A stretch of DNA of 44,801 nucleotides from a virus. Taxonomy: Duplodnaviria; Caudoviricetes. The stretch covers positions 1 to 44,801 of the IMG/VR virus record IMGVR_UViG_3300025372_000004; one strand, given 5' to 3'. This document shows, piece by piece, positions 8,922-18,384 of this stretch. A program made the translations under genes and the position numbers. The notes under the pieces are model-generated. The model made no database searches, had not been told where the DNA came from, and was given only the letters and a program-made list of their open reading frames with translations. Every line of letters starts with the position of its first letter. Within the stretch, counting starts at the first letter, position 1.

Positions 8922-9917
8922 TTATGCTACGAAGTTTGCTGCTGTTAAAGTTGTCATCATTGCGATTTCATTACCGTATTTGTACTGAATATCCATTTTC
9001 AGTAAGGCTTTCACGAAGTATAATTCCGCTTCTGGGCGCCATTTCTTCATTTCGATTGTGTTCTCATCATCCTTACTGTTATATGCGATATGCAACGCAC
9101 CATCAAAAGAACTTACGAACTCACCAAAAAGGATCGTGTTATCAGGAATACCATTCAACACCTCGATACCATAACCTTTCCATACTGGAGTACCTTTCTC
9201 TGGGAAGTTGATACCTTTGTATGTAGTGTTAACTAATGCCTGTGTATATATCAACCATGTGTTAGGCGACATCAGATATTTCATGCGTTTAAATGAACTA
9301 TCTTTTGATATTAAACCTTTCTTGTTGATTACTATCAGGCTTAACAAGCCATCAAGGAACGTAAGGATATTTGATGTTGTGATGGTCGCTGGTGATGCGT
9401 AGTTCAATACTGAACTATCATTAATCAATTGTTTGATGATACCATCAAAGAACTGAATGTTATAACGGCTATCGGTTGTATCTGTGATGGTGCTATATCC
9501 AGTAGATGCCTGCCAGATACCTGTTTCCAATTGCTCGAAAACACGACCCATCATCATATACATGGCATATGCTTCAAACTCAACAGGCAGCTTTCTTTCC
9601 AAAAGCAGTTCTGATAAGTTTTCAGCTTCCCAATGATCTTCTAAATCTCTTGGGTTAAAGCGGGTGTAAAGCATCGCATCTTTCGGTGTGATGGTTTTTT
9701 TGTCAACTGTCCAGCTACCGTTGTCGGTTGTTGGTACGGCCTGACGGGGTTGCAAACCGCCCGTGAAATCAATATTGCCAATGTTCAACGTTTTCTTTAC
9801 GCTGTCTATTACATTGATAACGCCCTTTTTAACCGTATCCATTTCAAAAAGAACGGGTGTCCAGTATGCGCTGGCAAACTTACCAATGTACGATTTATCA
9901 TTAATTTGCAAAGCCAT
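8922..9917 (-). CDS. Major capsid protein
   Basis: 331 aa directly after the protease-scaffold; IWQ...FDGIIKQL pattern. Confidence 0.85.
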   Translation of the reverse strand: MALQINDKSYIGKFASAYWTPVLFEMDTVKKGVINVIDSVKKTLNIGNIDFTGGLQPRQAVPTTDNGSWTVDKKTITPKDAMLYTRFNPRDLEDHWEAENLSELLLERKLPVEFEAYAMYMMMGRVFEQLETGIWQASTGYSTITDTTDSRYNIQFFDGIIKQLINDSSVLNYASPATITTSNILTFLDGLLSLIVINKKGLISKDSSFKRMKYLMSPNTWLIYTQALVNTTYKGINFPEKGTPVWKGYGIEVLNGIPDNTILFGEFVSSFDGALHIAYNSKDDENTIEMKKWRPEAELYFVKALLKMDIQYKYGNEIAMMTTLTAANFVA

Positions 9918-9922
9918 CGTGC

Positions 9923-11101
9923 TTACAGTTTATTTTGTTTTCTTAATTGTTTTTTCAATTCGGCAGGTGTGGTAGGAACGAAGTTTACATCGCCTACATT
10001 CTTAGGTTCAAATGCACCTTCTTGCTTAGGGGCGTTCACGTTCAACGGTATAGCCTCTAACAAGTTTTTACACTTGTCTTTACCAATGGTAAGTGCTGTA
10101 TTCAACCATTCCTTAATAACTTCCTCTTTATTTTCAATACGGCCAGTTTTGGCAATATCTACTATCATATTTTTGCAGTCTTCTTCGTTGCGTTTCTTTT
10201 CAGCTTCTTCAGCTTCTTTCTTCGCATCTTCCATCTCATTGCACATTTTATCATGTGCTTCTTTCAACGCATTATATTTATCGGTAGCTTCTTTAAGAGC
10301 ATTTGCAGCCTCATTTAAAGCATCCTCATGTTTTTTCATTTCTGTTTCACGGTCAAGATTCAGAAGTCTTAAATCTTCTTTCATCTTATTAACCGCTTCA
10401 AGTATTGCGCCTTCTGATGCTTCATTATGAAGACCTAAAGCATTTGTTACTTGGTTCATTAGTTTATTATTTTTAGGTTGTATATAACTGTTTAAAATCA
10501 GATTGCCCGCTTTCCACTTCTCAATCACATTACTTACTACTCTTATGCCCTGTTGCGCTTCTTTGCTTAGTACTATTTCATCACAAAAACCCAATGAATA
10601 ACATTCATCGGCTGTCATAAAGGTTGTTGCATCCATCATTTCAGATACCTTACTTTCCTCTATGCCTTTTTTAGATGACAACATCGTTACTATGCTATCT
10701 CGGAATACTTTGTATGACTGGCTATCTTCATCATCCGCCCCGTGTGGGTTGTGCATCATCAGGCTACTGTAATCAAACATGCGTCTTTTCTTGCCTGCCT
10801 GAAAAACCCATCCGCCTGTACTTGCTGCTATGCCTATACAAAGTGTGTCAACTTGTGTTATACCCCTGCTATTCAATAATTTCATAGCACCATAGATATT
10901 CCACCCGTCTATCACTACTCCGCCAACAGTATTTATAAGAACTTCTACCCTTTTCTTTCCCTGCCTTTCAAACTCGAACAACTCGTTTTGAAACTCATCC
11001 CCCATTATGCCATTATTCCCCTTATCGTCTTTCCCGATATGGGTATTTATTAGCATGTATGGTACTTCGGCATCTGGATTGGGAGAGTATTTAAACTTCA
11101 C
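9923..11101 (-). CDS. ClpP-type prohead protease fused to a coiled-coil scaffold
   Basis: INTVGGVVIDG, GIAASTG (Ser), MMHNP (His); C-terminal E/K-rich coiled coil; GTG start. Confidence 0.9.
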   Translation of the reverse strand: MKFKYSPNPDAEVPYMLINTHIGKDDKGNNGIMGDEFQNELFEFERQGKKRVEVLINTVGGVVIDGWNIYGAMKLLNSRGITQVDTLCIGIAASTGGWVFQAGKKRRMFDYSSLMMHNPHGADDEDSQSYKVFRDSIVTMLSSKKGIEESKVSEMMDATTFMTADECYSLGFCDEIVLSKEAQQGIRVVSNVIEKWKAGNLILNSYIQPKNNKLMNQVTNALGLHNEASEGAILEAVNKMKEDLRLLNLDRETEMKKHEDALNEAANALKEATDKYNALKEAHDKMCNEMEDAKKEAEEAEKKRNEEDCKNMIVDIAKTGRIENKEEVIKEWLNTALTIGKDKCKNLLEAIPLNVNAPKQEGAFEPKNVGDVNFVPTTPAELKKQLRKQNKL

Positions 11102-11170
11102 AGTATAAAATTCCGCTAAAGAATAGGGGGTAATGGTTTAGTGTGTACACCTTTTTTTAAAAAAAGTTCA

Positions 11171-11178
11171 TACATTTG
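11171..11178 (+). promoter_or_regulatory. Bacteroidota -7 promoter element
   Basis: TACATTTG ending 4 nt before ATG 11183. Confidence 0.55.
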
Positions 11179-11182
11179 ATGT

Positions 11183-11659
11183 ATGAGAACATTTATACTA
11201 TTATTTGCCGTCATTATACTTGCCTCTTGCAAGAAAGAATACAACACCACCATTGTGGTTAATCAGGCTACACAACCGCCAACGGGTATGCACTTTATTT
11301 ACCATTGGGGTAATGCCACACTTAGGTGCTTTAAGAATAATTATGCGGATAGCGCAGTTGATAGTATGCAGTCCTATCAATCATATGATACCAGCTATGT
11401 GATATATAAAAATGAAAAGCTGTTTGTATGGTCTTATGATAGCTTATGGAATAGTGCTGCTGCGTATTACAATAGATGCTGGATTGGCAAAACCGCATTT
11501 GATACTACTACGGCATATTCAACTTGTGGGGCTTCACCTTCTATATGGTTTGATGATAACGGTAATCAATGGCATAAATCAAATATCTATTTGAATATAG
11601 ACAATATGGCGCATTTTGATTTTTCGGCTGGTAGTCATGGCTACACAAGCCAGAACTAA
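11183..11659 (+). CDS. Lipoprotein moron (possible superinfection exclusion)
   Basis: Lipobox LAS|CKKE; opposite strand to the late operon; own promoter element. Confidence 0.75.
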   Translation: MRTFILLFAVIILASCKKEYNTTIVVNQATQPPTGMHFIYHWGNATLRCFKNNYADSAVDSMQSYQSYDTSYVIYKNEKLFVWSYDSLWNSAAAYYNRCWIGKTAFDTTTAYSTCGASPSIWFDDNGNQWHKSNIYLNIDNMAHFDFSAGSHGYTSQN

Positions 11660-12033
11660 GGTATTAACTGCGCATCAATAAACAGGCTGCGGAATGTTCC
11701 AAACACATAGTTCATGTCATCGGTATTAAAAAAACATTCCCTTGCGCCTACGTATGATATAACGCTTAAAAAGCATCTGGAATCTATCCCGTCAAAATCA
11801 TATCCTTGTGGTCTTGTGCCATCAGCCGCTATCTTAAATTTAGGCTGCACCTTCTTTTGTGATAGGTTGCTCCAGTCGGGTTGAACACTATTATTAACGC
11901 ATTCAATTATAATAGCCAATTTATATTTAGCTACTATATACGCCTGATGCTTTACGGGTAATGCCGACACGTCAGGCAGTGCCGTTGAATACCCTAAATA
12001 TGCGCAGGCGGCTTCAAATGAATCTGGTCTCAT
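11656..12033 (-). CDS. Protein resembling Bacteroidota DGR-target family
   Basis: SFEAAC..LG, YKLAII...VN, PDWSN..QKK and SYVGARECF motifs (recalled family pattern). Confidence 0.55.
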   Translation of the reverse strand: MRPDSFEAACAYLGYSTALPDVSALPVKHQAYIVAKYKLAIIIECVNNSVQPDWSNLSQKKVQPKFKIAADGTRPQGYDFDGIDSRCFLSVISYVGARECFFNTDDMNYVFGTFRSLFIDAQLIP

Positions 12034-12224
12034 AATAGTATTGAAATCTTTTTAATTTGCTCACGCAACCCTTCTGGTAGCCTGTTTAGTTTTTCTTTGA
12101 TAGCGTCTGTTACAAAGCTGCTTTCACTCTCCCCCGTTTCTTGTTTGTATGCTTGTAGCATTTTTTTAACGGGAGTAGGGGGATAGCTTACAGTCTTTCT
12201 CTTTTTGTATTCTTCTTCCGTCAT
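12030..12224 (-). CDS. Small ribbon-helix-helix-like DNA-binding protein
   Basis: Beta-helix-helix pattern: KTVSYP...LQAYKQETGESESSFVTDAIKEKL. Confidence 0.6.
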   Translation of the reverse strand: MTEEEYKKRKTVSYPPTPVKKMLQAYKQETGESESSFVTDAIKEKLNRLPEGLREQIKKISILL

Positions 12225-12225
12225 A

Positions 12226-13038
12226 TTATATTGCCGTGATTAGATACATATTGATAGTTACATAGTCATTACCCGCACTATTCTTGCCCATATACTTTAC
12301 CTTAAATCCATAAAGACCCCCACCACCAGCTATTGAAGTAGTCGCAGAAATCCAATCCGCATCACATCCCGAAGGTTTACTAATGGCAATAGACGAACCA
12401 CCAACAAAAGCCCCCTGTGGTCTTAATTGCACCTCACAACCTACAATGGCATTAGTAAAGTCAAAGGTCAATGTATTTACTGTTGCTCGGGTACTGCTAT
12501 ACTCTATGTAATAACTCTTATCAAATGTTAAAGTTTCGGGCGCACCCCATGCTCTTACCACATCAACTGGTTGGATATATGCGCTTGTCCGTTTGGCATT
12601 AATTAATTGGAAATCCGCACTTGCAGAAGTACCGTTAAACGTAATGGTATTTATTTGGTGTACGCTATGCGTTGACCCATCACTAAAGGTTAACGGATCG
12701 GCAATAGTAGCAGTAAAATATGAGGTCGTTATGTGGCAATATACACCGCTTAACGCACCAACTCCAGTTATAGACGTATATGGGTTGATATATATCTCAC
12801 CATTATAGTAAATTGCCCCCTCGGTTAGGTTGCTATTAATACCAGTAGTCGAATAATTACAGCCCCATAAAATATACGGGGTACTTGAACTATACGGCTG
12901 CCCAGTCAGGTTTTCAATTAAAGACTGTATGGCATTATTTCCCAATTCTTGGTATGCCTGTTGTAAATGCTGCCATGTACCTTGCGTAAAGGGTTGCTGT
13001 GATGTGTTCGTAATAAAACTGCTATCAACTTTTTTCAT
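12226..13038 (-). CDS. Baseplate-proximal tail fibre/adaptor protein
   Basis: PYILWGC...LTEGAIYYNGEIY N-terminal motif; follows the wedge genes; no signal peptide. Confidence 0.65.
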   Translation of the reverse strand: MKKVDSSFITNTSQQPFTQGTWQHLQQAYQELGNNAIQSLIENLTGQPYSSSTPYILWGCNYSTTGINSNLTEGAIYYNGEIYINPYTSITGVGALSGVYCHITTSYFTATIADPLTFSDGSTHSVHQINTITFNGTSASADFQLINAKRTSAYIQPVDVVRAWGAPETLTFDKSYYIEYSSTRATVNTLTFDFTNAIVGCEVQLRPQGAFVGGSSIAISKPSGCDADWISATTSIAGGGGLYGFKVKYMGKNSAGNDYVTINMYLITAI

Positions 13039-13039
13039 C

Positions 13040-13705
13040 TTAGTAAGATTGTATGTCGTAGTTTAAACCTATCGTATTATATAAGTCAACGAAATTCTTT
13101 ATTGATTGTGGCTCACCTGCAATGGTCGCCAATAATGCCGATGGCACGTAAATAGTAAAGTTTTTAGCTGTGCTATATGCTATCGAAGCAAGCCCCACCA
13201 TTCCATGTGAAACATTAGTACCCACCACACTAGACCTATCACTTGTAAGCCCCACGTAGAACGATGGCATAAAGCGGCTATTGGTCTGTATGTATATATC
13301 GGGTAGTGATGGTAATTGTCTGAATGTGCCACCAAATTGCTTATTAAGCGCATATTCAAACAGTTTCAAAGAACTGCTATATAATATTCTTTCCTGTGCG
13401 CCTATAAAACTTTGCTGTCTTAAATACCAAAAAGCACTTGCGGGTGATGGGGTGTTACCAATATTACCGCTTACTGTACTTTCATAAATGCTATATCCAT
13501 ACTTCACTATATCACCACTTGCATAGGTAGTGCCGATAGCCCATGCCGTTGCCGTTTTACCCTCTCTGTAATCCTTAAACCTGTCATTTATGTATTGTAC
13601 TGCTGATACTAAGCCTTTCAGTAAAGACAATACAAGATTACCCCGCTTATCGGGTGGTAATTGATTGGCTCCGCTTTTAAAAGCATCAAAACTAAAAAGG
13701 CTCAT
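13040..13705 (-). CDS. Baseplate wedge protein (gpI-like) with CBM5/12-like insert
   Basis: QLPPDKR, FEYALNKQF, FTIYVP..L, YDIQSY; insert AWAIGTTYASGDIVKY. Confidence 0.7.
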   Translation of the reverse strand: MSLFSFDAFKSGANQLPPDKRGNLVLSLLKGLVSAVQYINDRFKDYREGKTATAWAIGTTYASGDIVKYGYSIYESTVSGNIGNTPSPASAFWYLRQQSFIGAQERILYSSSLKLFEYALNKQFGGTFRQLPSLPDIYIQTNSRFMPSFYVGLTSDRSSVVGTNVSHGMVGLASIAYSTAKNFTIYVPSALLATIAGEPQSIKNFVDLYNTIGLNYDIQSY

Positions 13706-14583
13706 TATTCAGCTATAAAGTTTAAAGTATCAGTTAGTGTGTGTCCTGTTGTTGTTTCAGCTACTATATATCCGCTTACTGTCTGCCATTGTCTTAATAC
13801 CCAATCATAAGACGTTACCATTGGTGTAGCACTCGCATATGGCGTGCTATCCTGCCTTGCACTCACATTGTTGAATAGTACGTCATTAACGCCCGTTACA
13901 TTGCGGATAACCTCTAATAAATCAGATAACTTAATAGTGCCACCAAAGTTTGGCTGTGCGCTTTGTGTGGCTAAGAATGCGTTTATAGCACTTATCACAT
14001 CATTGTTTATTGTACCGCTATAAAGTGTGTTATACCTTACATCGGCTTGTATCATTATCTTATCACTCGGTATGCTGCTAACTACATAAGTAATTCCTGC
14101 CGTTCCTACTATATTTATGAATTGTTGCGCTGCCGCAAGTTGTAATGTGGTTAATTGGGTAGGTGTTGTTCCCGTAGCCACTTTAATATCCACTACTGCA
14201 TTGGTAGCATCTTTCAATACTGCACATCGGGTAATGATGTTTAATGTCGGATCAACGGTAGCATAGTAATAAAAGAAGCCTGTTGTATCTAATAGTAGGT
14301 TTTGGGCTACCGTTGCACTATATTGAAATTGAGATAAGAACTTGTTTTGTATCCACGCAGCTGTACTTGATGCCGCTTTGGTTACTATGGTCTCATTTTG
14401 GGCTATAAAAGCATCATACAACTGTTCGGCTATGGCCTGTACTGTCGCATAGGCATTCATAAACACTTGCGTTATACCCCTGCGGCTCCATTGTGTAGGG
14501 TCAATAGTTATACCAACTGCTGCGGCTGCCGTTACATATGCAGCCGTTATCGTGATTTGTATGGTAGATATAGTACGTGCCAT
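13705..14583 (-). CDS. Baseplate J-like wedge protein
   Basis: MARTI..I, IITRCAV, GTAGITY, AINAFL...FGG.IKLSDL.EVIRNVTGVNDV. Confidence 0.8.
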   Translation of the reverse strand: MARTISTIQITITAAYVTAAAAVGITIDPTQWSRRGITQVFMNAYATVQAIAEQLYDAFIAQNETIVTKAASSTAAWIQNKFLSQFQYSATVAQNLLLDTTGFFYYYATVDPTLNIITRCAVLKDATNAVVDIKVATGTTPTQLTTLQLAAAQQFINIVGTAGITYVVSSIPSDKIMIQADVRYNTLYSGTINNDVISAINAFLATQSAQPNFGGTIKLSDLLEVIRNVTGVNDVLFNNVSARQDSTPYASATPMVTSYDWVLRQWQTVSGYIVAETTTGHTLTDTLNFIAE

Positions 14584-15203
14584 TATTCAAATTCATCTGT
14601 AAATTCTGTATCAAATATGCCTTCTGTTTCAATGATAGCATCCACTTCAAGCGTAGTTGGCGGGTCTTTGGTAATTGTATCACCACTATCAGGGTCAAGC
14701 GTACTGCCTTTGGTATCAACGAACGTGCAGTTCATCTCTATTTTATGGTGATAAACGTCTGTATGGTTAAAATCCTGTTCCTCACTTACGCTTGATAATA
14801 CCCCGCAAAATGAAGGATAGAAGTTTTTACCAAGATTTTGCATCAGCAAATCACGATATATAAACACTTCTAAGTTTTGGTTCATATTGCCATCCATTGC
14901 GTCAAGCTGCATATCCACCAAATGAAACCTAATTTTAAGGTCGCAAGTATTCACGCCCATATTTAGTTGGTTCCAATCCATTGGCATAAACTCCACAAAG
15001 CAAGCTGGGGTATTAAATATTACTCCGCCACTCATCCTATGCGCTTCAATGGCTTTTTCTACATGGTTATTCCAAACGGCTACATATTGGAATAGCTTTG
15101 TTAAATCAGGTTTGGTAACAGCATTACTATCCCACGAATAGGGAATAGCACTCACTTTCGTAAGTACGCTGTTTATTGCTGATATTAACGGGCTACTCGC
15201 CAT
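14583..15203 (-). CDS. Tail terminator/neck protein (Mu gp37-like)
   Basis: VAVWNNH...PACFVEF motif; position after the morphogenesis gene. Confidence 0.65.
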   Translation of the reverse strand: MASSPLISAINSVLTKVSAIPYSWDSNAVTKPDLTKLFQYVAVWNNHVEKAIEAHRMSGGVIFNTPACFVEFMPMDWNQLNMGVNTCDLKIRFHLVDMQLDAMDGNMNQNLEVFIYRDLLMQNLGKNFYPSFCGVLSSVSEEQDFNHTDVYHHKIEMNCTFVDTKGSTLDPDSGDTITKDPPTTLEVDAIIETEGIFDTEFTDEFE

Positions 15204-15625
15204 ACTTTACCTGTTTCTTCTTTAAGTATTTCTAATTGCTGTTTTGTTAACTCTGCCGTTTGTATCATGAATGGTCGGGCAGGTATTCTGTCCGTACCTT
15301 CATTTTGTATGGCGGCATATGGTATATTCACTTCCAGTACAGCCCTATTGGTTGTAATGGTCGGCGTCATTGTTCTTACTGCCGTATTTAGTTTGTTGCT
15401 ATCGGTAAGTATCGCCTGCGCCCTTCTAAATGGGCTACTACTTAAATAAGTAGGTGTTCCAAACACTCTACGCTGTACTTCCTTCCATCTCGCCTCGCCC
15501 TCTAACCCTTCATTTTGGAATGCGGCAAAGAAATATTTACGAGCATCTTCGGCAATGATGCGTAATGCCTGCCTTTTTACAGCAGGTAGCATCTTATCTA
15601 CTTTATCAAAGCCGAATTTGCTCAT
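15185..15625 (-). CDS. Virion morphogenesis protein (Mu gpG/tail-S-like)
   Basis: AILTDSNKL, PYAAIQNEG..IPARPFM motifs. Confidence 0.85.
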   Translation of the reverse strand: MSKFGFDKVDKMLPAVKRQALRIIAEDARKYFFAAFQNEGLEGEARWKEVQRRVFGTPTYLSSSPFRRAQAILTDSNKLNTAVRTMTPTITTNRAVLEVNIPYAAIQNEGTDRIPARPFMIQTAELTKQQLEILKEETGKVWRVAR

Positions 15626-17052
15626 TATTTTTTACCTGGTCGTTCTTTGCTTTGTTCCTTAAATGGTTTCTTGCTTTTTATAGCGTCTTTGGGTTCTTTT
15701 ACGGGGCTGGGTGTTCCTGTTGGCTCTGTCGGTTCTTCTATCACACTTAGGTATTGTGCTGGTATGCCCGTTACTTGTGCAATATATTCGGGTGCCACAC
15801 GTATCTGGGCTTGCGCAAGTGTCATTACTTGGGTTGCAAACTTTTGGTTCGTGTCGTTCTTCTCATCTTGTATGGCTCTTTCTTCAGCATCATTCAAGAA
15901 TTTAAATGATAACCCTTCAGGTATCATAATACCCAACCTGCGCAATTTTGGTATTACCTGTTCGTTTACGATCGGTTCAACAAATGCACCGTCTTTAGTT
16001 TGTTTATCTCTTAATGCTTTAGCTACGGGGCTTGCGGCGGCTGTATCGTTGGTATTACCGCCTGATGTTTGTGTTTGTGTGCTTCCAAGTTTGCCCGGCA
16101 CACTATCTATCGCATCAGCATGACCCAACCAAAACTTAGATATTTTAGCTTCAAGTCTGTGTTCAATATCGTTATATGATTTATAGCCATTGCCTTTTGC
16201 ACCATCAGACATAAATTCTAATTCATCCATCAGGTCAAGGATAATCCAACCCGCGCTACCCATATTATTCAAAGAATCTTCAAGGGATTTCAATTCCGCT
16301 TCGTCGGTCTTTGATGTTTTCAGCTTTCTATATGGCTGGGCAAACATTTCAATAAAGCTGGTATTGAACGCCAGATTATTCTTTAAGAATATCTCTGTTT
16401 TAGCCACGTTATAAAGCAGCCCATAACCACAATTAGAAATACCATTAGTAGGTAGTGTTGGAACCCATATATGCCAATCCCTGTACGGTGAATCCAAGAA
16501 GTTAAAACCGAATGGGTTTACTTCAAATGGCGTTACTTCGTGCGTATCGGGTCGTATATTCCATCTGCGTATAATAGATGGGTTTACAGGAATATTGTTA
16601 CGTATATCTCCAATAGAAATAAGGTTATATCCGTAAGTTTGTGCATCAAGTATATAGTTCAGTACATTATGTGTGAACCATGTTTTTTTAAAATAGTCTG
16701 TCCACGTTTTATCTTTTTCACCGTTGGCATTCTGTAATTCAAAATCTCTTAATAATGTTAGGTCTTTGCGCCTTTCTATGCAGGCTGATAAGTGTTCGTT
16801 TAATACTGATTGTTCATAGAGTTTTTGCATCTCAACCCTGAACGGCCAGAAAGGGTCTTCCGCTTGCGTAATTGCAGCCTGCCAGTCGTCTAAACCCTTC
16901 TTGGTTCGTGCAAGGCCTGAAGGGAATATAACATTCCCTAAGTTCTTGTTTGTGCTTTTACTTCCACCCGCACTCGTATCGCCTATTCTTTTAGAATGTG
17001 CAGTACCCATTGATACGGGAAAGAAGTTTTTTACTCTATCTAAAAATGACAT
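15625..17052 (-). CDS. Portal protein (DUF935, Mu gp29-like)
   Basis: HLSACIERRK, GYGLL, FIEMFAQPYR, ISKFWLGH motifs; 475 aa. Confidence 0.85.
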   Translation of the reverse strand: MSFLDRVKNFFPVSMGTAHSKRIGDTSAGGSKSTNKNLGNVIFPSGLARTKKGLDDWQAAITQAEDPFWPFRVEMQKLYEQSVLNEHLSACIERRKDLTLLRDFELQNANGEKDKTWTDYFKKTWFTHNVLNYILDAQTYGYNLISIGDIRNNIPVNPSIIRRWNIRPDTHEVTPFEVNPFGFNFLDSPYRDWHIWVPTLPTNGISNCGYGLLYNVAKTEIFLKNNLAFNTSFIEMFAQPYRKLKTSKTDEAELKSLEDSLNNMGSAGWIILDLMDELEFMSDGAKGNGYKSYNDIEHRLEAKISKFWLGHADAIDSVPGKLGSTQTQTSGGNTNDTAAASPVAKALRDKQTKDGAFVEPIVNEQVIPKLRRLGIMIPEGLSFKFLNDAEERAIQDEKNDTNQKFATQVMTLAQAQIRVAPEYIAQVTGIPAQYLSVIEEPTEPTGTPSPVKEPKDAIKSKKPFKEQSKERPGKK

Positions 17053-17996
17053 TAGTACTGATTAGGTTCTTTAATATTACCGCCATACCTCACACGCCTG
17101 CCGCTTTTAGGTTGCAATAGTGGTATATCTACTACCATCTCACCCTTAGCCATTTCATTTATAAAATACAAAGCCTCTTTGCGTTTTTCATCCCATACTT
17201 TAGGTATGTTCATAGGCGCAATAAGCGGGGCTAATTCTGCAATAGCTAATTGAACGATATAGATTTTAAGTTGCTGGTTTCTGTTATCCCCCTTTACCCA
17301 TTTGGTTGTATCTGTGGGTAGTGTGTCCGCGGCTATGGTATATGCTGTGCCTGCATCCCAATATTGATAAGTACTGTTATTGATACTATCAGGGAATACA
17401 TTTACATTAGGCACGTTGCTATATACATAGTATTGCTTCAGGTCGGTAGGTGCAATATTGCAGGTTGCCGTTATACAGGTATATACTTTGTTTTTCCAAA
17501 ATACTTTATCACCTACATTATACCCATAAGTGCCATAATCAAGCCCACTCAAATAATTGAACATCGGGGCATTTGGTGATGATAATGTTGGTTGATACGT
17601 GCAGGTAGATGGATAAGCCGCAAAATAGATCGTGTATTGCGCACCAAGTGTAGCCCATTTGCCTATCGTAAATGTCGCATCACTATTAGCGGTAGTACAT
17701 ATATAGCCTATCCCCTGATAAATAACGCAAGCCTTTAGCGCATATGATGTAGATGCCACCCAAACAGGGTAATCAATAATCACCCTATCTCTTGCATTAT
17801 ATACTTTAGTCGGGTCGTATGGTAAAGTGTCGGTAAACTCTAAATTAATATCATACTTCTGTCGTAACTTACCTTTAATTACGTCAATAGCAAATGCTTC
17901 AGCGTCAACACGCTTAGCATCTGCATTTTGTGTTAATTGATTCAGATATTGAGTCTGAATGTAACTCTTGTAATCGTTTAGTACTAAGTACGCCAT
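17052..17996 (-). CDS. Head-tail adaptor (DUF1320/Mu gp36-like) with internal CBM-like repeats
   Basis: N-terminal YL..DY...AEAFAID.IKGKLRQKYDI and C-terminal DNRNQQL...IP....R.EAL.FI flank a ~180-aa aromatic insert. Confidence 0.75.
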   Translation of the reverse strand: MAYLVLNDYKSYIQTQYLNQLTQNADAKRVDAEAFAIDVIKGKLRQKYDINLEFTDTLPYDPTKVYNARDRVIIDYPVWVASTSYALKACVIYQGIGYICTTANSDATFTIGKWATLGAQYTIYFAAYPSTCTYQPTLSSPNAPMFNYLSGLDYGTYGYNVGDKVFWKNKVYTCITATCNIAPTDLKQYYVYSNVPNVNVFPDSINNSTYQYWDAGTAYTIAADTLPTDTTKWVKGDNRNQQLKIYIVQLAIAELAPLIAPMNIPKVWDEKRKEALYFINEMAKGEMVVDIPLLQPKSGRRVRYGGNIKEPNQY

Positions 17997-18001
17997 AGTT
18001 T

Positions 18002-18047
18002 AAAATAAAAATGCTTATCGCACAGCTATAAAGCCACACGATAAGCA
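18002..18047 (-). terminator. Intrinsic terminator in the leader of the head/neck genes
   Basis: TGCTTATCGTGTGGCT-TTAT-AGCTGTGCGATAAGCA followed by TTTTTATTTT. Confidence 0.7.
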
Positions 18048-18078
18048 CTTAAATAAAGTTTTTCCTGCTTGAGCCTGC

Positions 18079-18105
18079 ATCGGGGTAGAGTGCATCTTCA
18101 CACTC
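18079..18105 (-). promoter_or_regulatory. Conserved hairpin motif, copy 1 (GAAGAU loop plus ACCCCGAU)
   Basis: GAGTGT-GAAGAT-GCACTC-TACCCCGAT; second copy with a different but pairing stem at 19993-20019. Confidence 0.6.
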
Positions 18106-18110
18106 AATTA

Positions 18111-18118
18111 CAAAATTA
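18111..18118 (-). promoter_or_regulatory. Bacteroidota -7 promoter element
   Basis: TAATTTTG; no clear -33 TTTG. Confidence 0.5.
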
Positions 18119-18155
18119 TTGTATTTTGTTGATATTTTACTAAAATTTTGTTTTT

Positions 18156-18383
18156 TTATTTGGTTTTTAGGAATTTCCTAAACTTTTTTCTGAAAATGAG
18201 CTTTGCTTTGGGTAAAATCCAAAAATATGTCTCTGGAGCCATCGTAGTTAAATGCCAAAACCCGCAATCCTCACATTGATATTTTCTAAATTTCTTATCG
18301 CTGTGTATTTTGTTAATAGAATCTTGTGCCTGCCAGTCATGCTCAAACACTTTCTTGCCCGTAGCTACACAAACACGCTTCAT
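18156..18383 (-). CDS. Small zinc-finger protein
   Basis: MKRVCVATGKKVF...YQCEDCGFWHLT; start 18383 lies 1 nt after the TerL stop. Confidence 0.7.
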   Translation of the reverse strand: MKRVCVATGKKVFEHDWQAQDSINKIHSDKKFRKYQCEDCGFWHLTTMAPETYFWILPKAKLIFRKKFRKFLKTK

Positions 18384-18384
18384 A

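Noticed and set aside
15185-17996. Transposable Mu-like phage
   Set aside because: Head and neck genes are Mu-like, but there is no DDE transposase or MuB; a tyrosine integrase, attP and DnaB replication are present instead
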